Below, piece by piece: positions 26,951 to 39,657 of a stretch of DNA of 60,902 nt (positions within the stretch are counted from its first letter, which is position 1; every line of letters begins with the position of its first letter). Made by a program: the position numbers and the translations under genes. The DNA comes from Seison nebaliae (lineage: Eukaryota): positions 1-60,902 of the forward strand of contig JALJEE010001842.1 of assembly GCA_023231475.1 (NCBI GenBank). The letters are read 5' to 3'. The notes under the pieces are model-generated. The model saw only the letters and a program-made list of their open reading frames with translations. It did no database searches and was not told where the DNA came from.

Positions 26951-28114
26951 ATGTCACTATCTAGAGTATTGGGATTAAGTTCTGTTTTTGCCGCCGGTGC
27001 TGCCGGTATAATGCTGGCGAAGAATAATGAGAAGAATCTGTTGAATCGAGGAGAGACAGATATGGGAGAAATGAAGGCACAGAATGTTCGTCTGTTGAAC
27101 AAACGTCGTGTTTCACCCGATTCTTATATCTTCCAATTTGATACATCTCCAAAATCATCAATTGGTTTTCGCACTGGTGATTGTCTCGTCGTTCATGCAC
27201 CAAATGATGTGAAAGATAATAAAGGCAAACGATTATCTCGTCCATATACTCCAATCAATCAATTGAATGATGAATCAGGACATGTTGATTTATTAATTAA
27301 AGTTTATAGTCCAACAAAAACTGATGAATATGGTGGTCAAATGTCTCAATATTTAGAGAAGTTAAATATCGGTTAACATCAAATTTATTCATTTAAATAA
27401 TTCTCATTTAAATAATTTTCAGGTGATAAAGTTTCAGTGAGTGGTCCATATGGTTCTCTGACTTATGAGAAAGAAGGTAAATTTCTTAAACGAAATAAAA
27501 ATAGGGAAGAAAAAATGAATATAAAGGAAGATAATCTTGCCAATTATGATACCATTCAAACGGAAAATGTTGTGATGATTTGTGGTGGCAGTGGCATTAC
27601 ACCAATGTTACAGATGATTAAGCAAATTTTAAAAGACGAAAAGAAACCACCAAAAATTCATTTGGCTTATTCCAACAAGAAAGAGAATGACATTTTAGTT
27701 CGAAGTGAATTGGAATGTCTTTCGATGAAGTTTCCCGAGAAATTTTTCTGCGATTTCTTCTTGACAAGAGAACAAATTAAGAATGGAAAGAGTAAGGCAC
27801 CGTTATGTGGAGGGTGTGTGAAAGATGGTTCGGCAACAAAAATGATAAGTGAATGTGAAAATCGATGTACTTATAATGAGCCATCAATTATGTGTAGTCA
27901 ATGGAATAAAATCTCATCTATGTTCAAACAGTCGAATCAATTGGAGAATGTTCAATTAATGAACGGACGAATTGGGAAGAAAGATGTCCAACGTCTTGTC
28001 AAGAAGTCTAAAGAAACGATTTATTTGATTTGTGGACCTAAATCATTTACGAACGATATGAAAGATGAATTGAAGAATTTGAATGTGAAGGAATCGAATA
28101 TTCATTGTTATTGA
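26951..28114 (+). CDS. NADH-cytochrome b5 reductase family protein; exons 26951-27371, 27423-28114
   Basis: FAD motif RPYTP, DLLIKVY, GGQMSQYL, GPYG. NADH motif MICGGSGITPMLQ, YSNKKENDIL, C-terminal LICGP. Intron 27372-27422 (GTTAAC..CAG) is in frame. Confidence 0.93.
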
Positions 28115-29546
28115 ATTAGTTAATAACTAATAATTATTGATTTAATTGGAAGAATGGAAGAATATTATAGGACAGAAATAGATTAATAATATTTTATAAA
28201 TTTTAAATATGAAATAAAATCAAATAATTAATTATTTTTTATATAATCTTTTTTCTTTCCATACAAATATTGGAAGAAATTAAAATGTAGAAATTAAATG
28301 AATAAAAATAGTTTGAATTGCCTCGAGTGCATTCTAAACAATAAATGAAAAATGAGTGAATGATGAGAATTAAAAAGAAGAAATTATCGATGAGTAAAAT
28401 GAACAATAATTATTGATAAATTGTCATGATGATGATAATATGTTCCATTAATTCTTTGGAGCTTCTTCCCAAATCGGATTGGCGTGATACGACTGGTAAG
28501 AGAGACGAAAGATATGATAATGGAGAAATAAAGAATAAATAAGAAAGAAGAGGAATGTCGATTGAATTAGATGAAAGACGATGATATAATAATTGATTCG
28601 GTTCATGTTAATCTTATTTTGGATGGAATGAGTAAAAGTTCATGATTATCTAACATCATCACATTAATAATAGAGAAGATAGAGGAAGATAAGAAGAATT
28701 TGGGGAATAAGATGAAAAGAGTTATCATATTCATATCAATAATTTGTGAAGCATATTTCTTTCCTATAATATATGTGAGAGATGATTGTGAGATGAGAAT
28801 ATGTAGACGAAAATAGAAAAATAATTAAATCATTTCATTCATTTCAAAGGGAAATGGATGATAATGTTTGATATGAAATCTACAGAGAAATAATCGTTTC
28901 AAAATAAAATTAGACCTGCACAATCTCTTCATATGACACTCTTCGTGAGAGATATATGGACGTTTTCATTCTTATATAATGCATTCTATCATATATGTGA
29001 ACAATCTAATATATCATTTCATATACATTCCCTCATATTTGCATATGAATTCATACAAATTATTTATGTAGTCTCGCTCGTTCCTACTGAAAAACATATG
29101 GAAACAACTTATAAAAGAAAGTAGGAAATTTATTTATTTTCAGTGAGAATTTAATCTTTATTAATTTTCTAATATCATCCACCACTATACAATAGAGAAG
29201 AAGATTACTTATGGAACTGTAGATGTATAACACGACCGATTTCCTACATAACACAAACCGGTTATGTTCATATTATTATTATTTTGTTGGAAGAAATAAA
29301 TGAAATCGAATCAAAAGAAACATGAGAGAAATTAATGAGAGTGCACATGTATAAGAAAATCTTCCGCTTTTACAATTGCTGTCGTTCAATGCGACATAAT
29401 ATCGACAGTGGGAAGACTAGAAAGAAAAAAAACGAAGTAAGAAATGGAGAAGAAAGCTTCTTCTTTTTAATAGTATGCACCAAAACATAGAAACCAATCG
29501 ACAAAAAAGATTATATCACAATTATTCTAAAAAAGGACAATAATAA

Positions 29547-32500
29547 ATGAATGAAGATAAAATGAGAATAATGATAATGGTTTTATTGATATTGGTGGTT
29601 CATTGTCAAAAGGAGATCACCATCCAATCTGATTTAGCATTTTTCGATAAAGTCAAACGTTCCTCCACCAACGATCACACGTTAGATAACTGGATTCGAT
29701 ATAAACATCCGTCGAAAAAGAAGAAATTACATATTGGTGGAATATTCCCAATGTCCGGTTAGTTATCGATTGATTTGTTCTTAATAAATATTTAATGATA
29801 TTGGTAGGTGGATGGGCTGGTGGAAGAAGTTGTTATCCCGCTGCTCGAATGGCACTTGCCGATGTCAATAGACAACCAGATATATTACCCGGATATTATC
29901 TCCATATGACAATGTATGATAGCGAATGTGTACCAGGTATTGGAGCGAGGAAATTTTACGATTTATTATACAATGAAGAGAGAATGGTGATGCTTCTCGG
30001 TCCTGGTTGTAGTCATGTTGTGACGATGGTAGCTGAAGCTGCACGTATGTGGAATTTAATTGTTCTATCTTATGGATCGTCATCTCCTGCTCTTACTAAT
30101 CGAAACAGATTCAAGACATTCTTTCGTACACATCCTTCAGCTGCTTTGAATAATCCGACACGAATCAAATTATTTCAAACATTCGAATGGACACAAATCG
30201 CCACTTTACATGAGACACAAGAAGTTTTCAGTACAGTTTGACTAACAAATATTTTATTCTTTCTTCAACATTCATTCATTCATTCATTCATTCATTCACT
30301 TATAGACAATCGAAGATTTAGAACGATTAACAAAGGAAGCGAATATTACAATTAAAGTGAGACAATCATTCCTCAATGATCCAACTGATGCAATTCGGAA
30401 TTTAAAGAAACAGAATGCGAGAATTATTGTCGGTGTTTTCTACGAAGATAAAGCACGACGCGTCTTCTGCAGAGTTAGACATTCATTTCAATACATTTCC
30501 ATCAATTCTTTCAAAGATTTTCAAAGAGAAAATGTATGGAAGGAAATATGTATGGTTCATTATCGGTTGGTATCCAGATGACTGGTATTTGAAGGAAGTG
30601 AAGGACGACGAATATTTTACTTGTACAAAAGAAGAAATGAGAATTGCCGTTGAAGGACATTTTACAACGGAAACATTGATGCATAATATGGAAAAAAATC
30701 GTATAACTGACACAGGTGATCGAATGGTTCTTTCTTTTTTTTCTTATCATTCTACTAATCTTTTATTTATCTCATATTATTTAGTCATATAATAAATTTC
30801 GTGTTCGACTTATATCCGAATTGGAACATGATTATAAAATCAATTTGACAACTGATCCAAATGCTCCTATGAAAATTGCTGGATTTCCTGAAGCGCCATT
30901 AGCCTACGATGCGGTTTGGGCAATGGCTTTCGCACTCAATCAAACATTAGCTCGGTTCCATAATTATTATTGGAGATTCCAATAACATTAATAAATTTCT
31001 CTTATGGTCTGATATAGTTTGAAGGAAGAAGGAAACACAAAATTGGAAAATTTCAATTATAAAAGTGGACGACATGTGATGAATATATCGTACTTCTATT
31101 TCAATAAAACGGATTTCGAAGGTGTGTCTGGTCGAGTGAGATTTACTGAATCGGGAGATCGTATTGCTCAGACACAAATCGAACAAATGCAGAATGGACG
31201 ATATGTCATTCTGGGAACACACGAATCAAAAGAAGATATTTATTGGGTATCGGGCAGTGTCGTACAATGGGTAGGTTCGTCTTATCATTTTGAAAGTTTT
31301 TAGAATTTTCATTTGAAATTCATTTGAAACATCAATTTCTCTTTCCACAAAATTATTTTCGAGATAATATTCTTTTCAAATTGAAAATTTTCATTTCAAT
31401 TCAGATGGAAGAAAACCGAATGATCGAACATTAATTGAACCAAAATTAATGAAATTACATTTGGGACAATTAATCGTTATGAACATTCTCGCTTCAATTG
31501 GTATTGTGGCTGGAATTACTTGTCTATTTGTCAATACGATTCATAAGGATAAACGGTTTCTTTCTCATCATTTCTTCAACTCTCGTCTAAACAACTTTCT
31601 CTCGTATTTTAGAGTGATAAAAAATTCCTTGCCAACTATCAATAATATGGTGACTTGTGGATTCTTAGCATCCTTATTATGTATCCCATTATTCTCTTTA
31701 GATACAAATGTTATTTCAGAGAAGACTTATGGTTTCCTTTGTTTATTGAAAGCATTGTTGTTGTCCATCGGATTTCTTTTGGCTTATGGTGCACTTTTCA
31801 CAAAAATCTTAATTGTACGAAATTATTCAGTGCAACAAAAGAGGAAAGAGAATCAAAATCGACAACCAATTCAACATAATTATTTATTAAAAAATAAATC
31901 GATCCTTCGAGTCTCTTCTTCCATTAAACGACAAGGAAGTGAATGGTCTCGTCGTTTACATAATAATCAATTAATCAAACGATTTATCAAAGATGAAAAT
32001 AATGATTCCGATGTTTTAACTGAATCTTCTGGAACGGCCGCTACCACTTCTGCAGGTAAACGAAGAATAAATCATTCATGGACAGACAATACTGATTTAT
32101 CAAAGAAGAATGATTCAACTTCCAGATTCTCATTCAATCCTTTAAGTTCTACGTCTAGTTCAAAAACGAAAAAACCTCATCATCACCACCATCATCATCA
32201 CCATCATCATCATCATAATGGATTTACCGACGATTTTCAAATAACTCGATTACAATTATATGGACCTGTCATTACATTTATTTTGATTGATATCATTTTT
32301 TTCGCCATATGGATCTGGACTGATCCACTCATTCGTAATATCACCAAATTAAAATTGGAACATCCTTTGAAGGATGTGGATGAATCATCACCTTTGGCAT
32401 ATGCTGACGTCATGTACGAATTACGAATGGAAGCATGTCGATCAATGAAATATCATACCGTTTGGATCGGTATCAGTTATGGATTTAAAGGAATGTTACT

Positions 32501-33172
32501 TTTATTGGGAACGTTTCTCGCATATGAAATCAGAAATGTGAAATGTCCTCTAGTGAATGATATTCGATTGGTGGCAATGTCTGTATACAATGTGGTTGTT
32601 CTATGTATTGTCACATCGACTGTCACACAAATTATTCAATCGACACAAGATGGAGTATTTGCTTTCGTTTCATTAACCATCATTGCATGTTCATTGTTAT
32701 CATTAGGATTAATCTTCGTTCCGAAAGTTCTTTTTAAATTTTTTTTTTAATTTTTTAATTTTATTAATTATTTTAGATCACCAATATTTATAAGTCGAAG
32801 GACTTGGTTGGTTTGGATGCATCGAAAACATTCGAAAGTTCGACAGATATCACTTTTGAAGAAGGTGAAAAATATCGGAAGTTACTCGTTGAAAATGAAA
32901 AATTGAGAACTGATATTATCGAAGTTTCATCTTTTAATATCATTCCATTTTATTTCCCTCGATTTAAGGCGGAAGAGAAATTAAAGGAGTTGACGGTTGA
33001 AATAGAAAATAGAATTCAACATGTTCAGGACCAAAATCAAGAGGAGAAATTGAGAAGACGAAAAGTGAGATTGATGAGAGAATCGAATATCAACTCAAAA
33101 GAAATTCCAACAATCAAAAATTTGGATGTGAATATGCCGCTCGTAAAAATCACGAATACTGATGAAGAATAG
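29547..33172 (+). CDS. GABBR1: GABA-B receptor subunit 1 (class C GPCR), ~10 exons
   Basis: Signal peptide; [93 protein letters not shown]; 7TM with [42 protein letters not shown]-terminal coiled coil. Nine GTT..AG introns restore the frame. Confidence 0.95.
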
Positions 33173-33494
33173 GAAAAAGTCGAGTAAATTCTTTCCACAA
33201 ATAAATTTTCAATACCAGACACACGCCTCATATGAAGAATCGTTTTTGGAATGATATTGGAGTGAATGAACGAAATAAAGTTATTGATTGGAATAATAAT
33301 AATAATAAATTTCTTGGAAAAAAATTTCATTTAGTTTACGAAGAGTACTGGAAGAATTATATACAAGAGAAAAAAGTGAACAATTAGTAAATGTTTTGGT
33401 AGAAAAGGAAGCAAAAGAAACGTACAAAACGAAGTTATTGGCTGAGAAGAATATTGATCGATTTAATGATGAAAATTGAAAGAATAGATATTGT

Positions 33495-33849
33495 TCAAAG
33501 ATTCCGTCGACACCATTCGTCTAATGCATGACCTACTCTTTCAGCTGTAGATGTATCTGCTTTCATATCGCAGACTAACCAACGTTTAAAATTTAGTAAT
33601 GAACGATCAATTGCAAGAAATTTTCCTAATAATTGATACGCTTTGCAACAACATATCCTCTCTAAACATTCAGCAAGACATTCATCCATTCCCGGTATTT
33701 CGCGCACAGATTTGTGAGAAACAGTTGAACAACCAAAGTCTCGAACTTGTTCGTCGAACGACGCATCCTTAAGAGGGAAGAAATGTTGATAAAAAAACGA
33801 AGAAAAAATGAACTGGTGTTTCGAAGATCCAATCGAATATGATGCTCAT
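33495..33849 (-). CDS. Barrier-to-autointegration factor (BAF/BANF)-like protein, divergent; exons 33849-33814, 33767-33495
   Basis: RDF.....HKSVREIPGMDE.L...LE.....KAYQLLGKFL......FKRWL....A........LDEWC..L aligns without gaps to BAF (RDF...EKPVGSLAGIGEVL...DKAYVVLGQFL...FREWL...LREWC). Intron 33768-33813 is GTTCAT..AAG. Confidence 0.85.
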
Positions 33850-35137
33850 CGTGTAAGAAGTAGAATGAAGAAATATATTAATTTTTTGCAAAATAACAAT
33901 TGGAAATAGAAAAAAAAAGAAAAAATTAAAATTTCTTTGTACTTTCTACAAATTCGTAATATAACCTCATTTAATCATATTAACAAGAAAGCGAACTTTC
34001 CAATTTCTCTTTCCGATTTTTTCTTCATTCTCTAATATCCTTCCTCCTCAATATCTTTTCCTGATCCCAAATATACGACATCTTTCAACGATTATCAATT
34101 CGTTTCCAATATGAAGACGTGGAACATTTATAAACATCTACATAATCGATATTTTCAAATATTTTCTATTTTCTCTTATAAGATGAGATCACATATTGAC
34201 AAATATATCTAAACTGACTAGGAAAAAAGACGAGATGAAACTCTAATAATTTCGATATCACTGAAAGACTAAAAGAAAACGAATTAGATATTTGATTTGT
34301 TAGACGTTGAACGTTGATCAATAATTTTGAGCACTCTTCAAACAGATACTAAACCATTTAGAATGCAGAAGATAATTATTAAAAAGAGATACGAAACGGA
34401 ATTATATTAAAGCAATTCACATATCATTCGACGATGAGAGAACTAATATTGTTGAATGTACTGACGATAAATTAATCGTTATTTTCTTACAATTATACGT
34501 CGAAAACATTTCATTATTTAGTCACCAAATATTACCAACATAAGTTTGGTGGTTATATAAAATAATGTTAAGATTATGGTGGTTTGGATGATACTTCAAT
34601 CATTAGTTGAATAAGTTCGAATATTGTACGAAGAAATTGATAAATGTCGATGAGAGTAATAAATACTGATTGTAGAATACTATATTATTATACCAATATT
34701 GAATTTCTTGGATGTCAAATTAGAAAGAAATATTCCGGATTTGTCGACAGAACGCGTGATTCATGATGTTGTTAAATTTTGTTAAATGGATTCTTCCCTC
34801 GAATTCTTTGTATTATTCGTTTGCTTCTTTCGTTCTCCCATGTACTAAAGAAGAGAAAGATATATGAAAATTTGAAGAAAAAATGTATTCGTCATTGAAG
34901 AAATGTTAAAGTTTAAATTTCGGAATAGTTGAATATTGCATATGGAATATCTCATAAGAATAATGGAATTAAGATCTCCTTGGATTGATAGTTGTATTAA
35001 TTGTTTAAAATAGAAATATGCAATCGTCAGATGAAGATGATGGAAGTATGATGGAAATGATTTTAAAAAATTGTTGATTGTGTCAGAAAATAAATGTGTG
35101 ATAAATGATTGGTCTCAATCATCTGGAAATGGCAATA

Positions 35138-35146
35138 GTATAAAAT
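35138..35146 (+). promoter_or_regulatory. Candidate TATA box
   Basis: GTATAAAAT about 35 nt upstream of the signal-peptide ATG at 35176. Weak in such an AT-rich background. Confidence 0.35.
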
Positions 35147-35175
35147 ATGAGAGATTAAAGAAAGATATTAGAACT

Positions 35176-36375
35176 ATGAAGATCATCATTGTTTCTCTCA
35201 CTCTCATTTCGATGAGTTATGCTTATTCTCATTCGAGAATGATGAATAATGTTCCAATAATGAATTCGAAATGCATAAATGTTCAACCAGTACGATTATT
35301 GGAGGGATATGATGGAAATCAGACACCGTTCATAAACGATTTTCAGAAGAAATCGAACATTTGTGCAGGAAAACAAATCAATGAAAGATTTGCTCATCCG
35401 ACAAATGAAGGAATGTATATCGAATGTGGATTTGATGGAGAGAAATTCGAACGAATTTGTCCTCCTAAAACAAAATATGTCGTCGAATATGGACAATGTA
35501 CTTTAGGCTTCCCATTAACTAAACCGTGAATCAATTGAATCAAGTTTGTATAAAAGATCCGATTGCTCGTTGTGAATGTAAAGAAGGATATAATGGACAA
35601 TATTGTGAAATGAAGATCGATTATTGTAGAAAGAATCCATGTAAGAATGGTGGTATTTGTACTTCATATAGTACAGGATATACTTGTTTATGTCCAAATA
35701 ATTTTTATGATGATGATTGTTTGAATGTTCAAATAGATAATCCTTGTCGTGTTAATGAGATGGCTAATGGAATTCATATTTATTCCCATCCAAATGATAA
35801 TACAAAATTAATTTAATGTTTCGCTTATGAAGCCGCTTCCGTTTTATCTTGTCCACCTGGATTGACATTCGATAAAGAAATTCGAACTTGTCTCTCTAAC
35901 CAATATCAACAAGCGATTACTAATGTTTTGGAACAACAGAAATGTTATTATTTTATCTTTTATCTCAACTCCCAATTTCTTCTCATTTACAGATCAAGCA
36001 ACATTTCCAAAATCATGGAAACCATCTAGTGATCCATTACGTATGCCATCAATTGTCAGCGGATCTGCTAAGCTCATTCCTTTCGATCATAACCAGAAAC
36101 AATTTTAAGAACAATCACAACAAATCTTCATTCAACCATCAATGCCAATCAAACAAATACAACCATCAATACCACCTCAACAATCATGGTCATTGAAGAA
36201 AATGATGAACTTCCAAAATCCCATCATTCTCCAACAACCATATCAACAGAAACAACAACTTCCTACCATCCAACAATCATCATGGTCATCATCTTATCAA
36301 TCACCAAAATTTCTCGAACAGAAATCGCAACTTTTGAATAATACTCCCGTCAAATTGAATAATGGAGGATATTGA
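35176..36375 (+). pseudogene. Secreted chitin-binding (CBM14/peritrophin-like) + EGF-domain protein with Gln/Pro/Ser tail; reading frame disrupted
   Basis: Signal peptide MKIIIVSLTLISMSYA; CBM14-like C...FAHPTN...YIEC......CPPKT.Y....QC; EGF CECKEGYNGQYC and CRKNPCKNGGICT..TGYTCLCP...C; second CBM14-like HPNDNTKLI*C....SCPPGLTFD...TC. Lesions: frameshift at ~35527, in-frame TAA at 35814 and at 36106. Intron 35944-35992. Confidence 0.75.
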
Positions 36376-37369
36376 ATAAATTAATCTTAATAATTTATAA
36401 TAATTCATAATATTAATCACTTTATTCAATTCCTCTTCAATTAACATATGTTCTAATATTATTATTATTATACCTTATGTTACTTTTCATTATTTCATTT
36501 GAGAATTGAATCGATTATTTTTTAAAAAATAAAATTTTTCGAAAATTCAATAAATTCTTTTAAACATTTTGATTACTTATTTGTAATTGATGTAACCTTC
36601 GATCGTTACACATTCATCTTCATTATATATTTTCAGTTGATAAAAGAAATTTAAAAAAGATGTCAATAAGTTAAAGTTTTATTAGAAGAATTATCGCATC
36701 AAAAGTTCAAAAAATAAATATTATTCGGTAAGGATATGTGGAGAATTGATGCAAAAGAAATTGAAAGATAAGAAATTGATCAATATAAGTGAATATTCAT
36801 CTGATCAACCAATGATCCAAAAAACGTATATTGATTGGATTTTTTAACATACTGTTTTAGTTATGAAAATAACTATTTCTTTTTACTTGCTAGTAAGAAA
36901 TACTCATAAAATAGATAAGTTTGATCGACAACAATTGTAAAAGATAGAATTGTTGGATTCGGGATGTGACAACTGGATTTGGAGAAAAGGAAAGTGAAAG
37001 AGTTGAATATTGCAAATAATGCACAATGAATGTTATAGAAGAAATTTCTTCTATTCCATTTTAAACTTATAAGATAGAATTCAAAATATTTCACGACATA
37101 AAGTTCTTTGAAATGATGGTTTTAAACGAGTCATTATATCAGAAAGAATTGATATTTTAACAGATAAAAGATTTAGTGAATAAAATCTGTTTTCTGTATA
37201 TTGTCAAATATTCTATACTGATAGAGTTGATGGAGATGAGATAGAAAGAGAGAGAAGGACGAAAGAGGAAAAATTGGAAAACTATTAAAAATTTTCTGCT
37301 GTAAATTTAGAGAAGAATAAATTAAGAGACTTCTCCACAAATGGAGAATATTTGGAATTTGAGATTATC

Positions 37370-38421
37370 TCATGCATTTCCTGAATTTTGCGAATAACGA
37401 TTTTTTGGTGTATTGAAATTGTTCTTATGTTGAATTTGATGGTATTTTTTTTTTGTTTTCGATGGAACATCAACACCCAAATTAGGAAAATCGGAATCGC
37501 CCAAACTCCCCACATCGAATTCACTTGGAACTTTTGTTTGACGGTTGTATGGTTTCTGATTTTTTTGTCCATTTCTCTTCAAGTAGTTATCTTTGTAACT
37601 TTTAAATTCTTTTTTAGAATTGAATATGAATCTGGAAGAAAAAGTGAAACTTAAGAAATCAGACGGATCGCTGTAGTTTGTCGTTTTCTTCTTTTTTGGA
37701 ACATTTGCCATTTCGCTTAAAGACAACCATTCGGCTCGTCCAGTTGCCATGAATTCAGTCAATGTCATTCGTTCAGTCAATGTTTCTCCTTTCTGTTCTA
37801 ATGTTCCATCTTCTAATTGACCAGTCTTCTTTTCTGTTTCATTTTCCTCTTTATCATGTTGGAGAGCATGCTCCAAATCATTCAATCCATCAATCTGACT
37901 CTTTTGGGGATCACCAAAATTATATGGTCCATCACCGCCACGTTTATTTGGAGGTTTGATGGTGGTATGTGAACCTGAATGACGATCAGTTTTCGCAGAT
38001 CGTTTATTTGAAACTATAATGAGGAATGATGAAAATTAATGAATAAAATAAAATGAGGGAACTCTTCTGATCATTAATTGGAAATGGTTTTTGAGAATGT
38101 TGCTGATTCTTCTTATCTTTTTTCTTGTCTACTATAGAAATGAGTATATATTAATATTTATATCTATATATACATCAATTAAAGAAATTTAAAGAAACCT
38201 TCATTAATATCTTTTAGTGCATTCAATTTCTTTAATAAATCGAATCGATTCGTCGTCGAACAACTATACTCACCATTTTCCGTATCCGAATCATCGCTAT
38301 CATTCAATTCGACACAAACATAATCGATCTTGTCACACTCGTCGGTGACTGGTACGAAGTGCTTCTTCTTGTACATCTTCCCCGGAACTAATACTGATAC
38401 TGATGTGTTTTCACTTGTCAT
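37370..38421 (-). CDS. SERBP1/HABP4 (PAI-RBP1, Vig/Stm1) family RNA/ribosome-binding protein; exons 38421-38199, 38131-38063, 38013-37370 (possible extra 42-nt in-frame intron)
   Basis: The spliced product contains NRFDLL, DRHSGS....PNKRGGDGPYNFG, MTLTEF and DSDFPNLG, matching family motifs N.F..L, DRHSGS..KRGG.G..NWG, EMTLDEW and FPAL. Introns 38132-38198 and 38014-38062 are GTT..AG. Confidence 0.75.
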
Positions 38422-39657
38422 TGTCGTTGTGAAAGTGGAAAATGAGTGATTAGGTATTAGGTATTATAAGTCAGTTGATTTTTCAATTCTAATTTGTTCC
38501 TTTATTAGACGAATGTTCGATCCAACGTCATAATCGAAAGATATGTGGATGGCGAGATATAGGAAGAACTAAAAAGTGGAAAGAAAATGAAAAAGATTGA
38601 AAATGTCAAAATTCTTTTTGATTTTCCTTTAGGAGAAGAAATGTCAGTAAATAAATAAAATAAGGCTATGAAGAAACTTTAAAAGAAAAAGATGAAATTT
38701 CAACAAGATACGTGCAATAGGAGAAGAAATGAAATATTGAAGGCTTATTTCTACTACATGGATGATTAGAACTTCGAAGAATGAACAAACAGGAACACGA
38801 GCAGTTCCTCTTGCAAATTGTGTAAAAACTTTTTTTCAACTCTGTTCTCAACGTACGTGAATAATAAAAAGTTAGCTGAAATACAAATAATTCAAGTATA
38901 AATGAATTATTTGACATATGAATGGAAATAATTCATTAATTAAATTTACAACCTGTATTTATAATCATCTTAACATTCTCATACAAACATAGAAATTACA
39001 TAAATCTGTTTCATATATTCATACGGTTAATTTGATATTTATGCGTGATATCTTATCAATATATATTGAGATAATGATTGACAATCTCGTTTTGATGAAA
39101 GAGTCGAAGGTAAATACAATTTCTTCCTATTCATTGGTAGAATTGTTAGAAAAAAAAATTATGTGTAAAGATGTTTATCTGCTCGTCCTTGAGATGTTTG
39201 TTGGACATGGATGAAAATTGCTTCATCCATCTATATATTTGCATCTATCTACTTTGGTTGGTTGAAAAAGGAGAAGAAGATTAGGAGGGAATGTGTGATC
39301 ATCATACAATTTATCTTTTTCATATTCATAGTATTTTCATATCATTCATATTTTCATTAATTAGAAATGGATAAATAAAGAATAATGAATGTCAAGAAAT
39401 ATTGTCATAAACTGTTAAAGTTTTAGTTAAGAAAAATTTGAATTTAAAATAATTGAGAGAAATATATATTTGATGAAATTGAGTTTCGTTTGAAAGTTAA
39501 GTTCAATAGAAGAATTAAATGTTTAGATTAAAAATAGATTTTATTTAGATCGTGAAATAAATTCGTATGATGATAACTAGAAAAGTGAGATTGAGAGAAG
39601 TTGAGATAATAAAAATGAATAAATTAAATTGAATGGATGTTTGAAAGATGAGTGAAG

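Noticed and set aside
31556..31612. Extra peptide [18 protein letters not shown] in the first intracellular loop of GABBR1, as shown in the ORF track
   Set aside because: It is a stop-free 57-nt GTT..AG intron read through by the ORF caller. Similar in-frame introns occur in IBA57 and YIPF6.
35526..35544. 19-nt GT..AG mini-intron repairing the frameshift
   Set aside because: Removal gives the wrong phase (donor phase 2, acceptor phase 1), and it is far below the ~40-nt minimum seen in the window.
35814..36108. TAA-to-Gln genetic code reassignment
   Set aside because: TAA is the natural terminator of CAPS, YIPF6, GAS2-like, IBA57 and gsc. No conserved gene here has an internal TAA, and the same gene also has a frameshift, so pseudogenisation or error is simpler.
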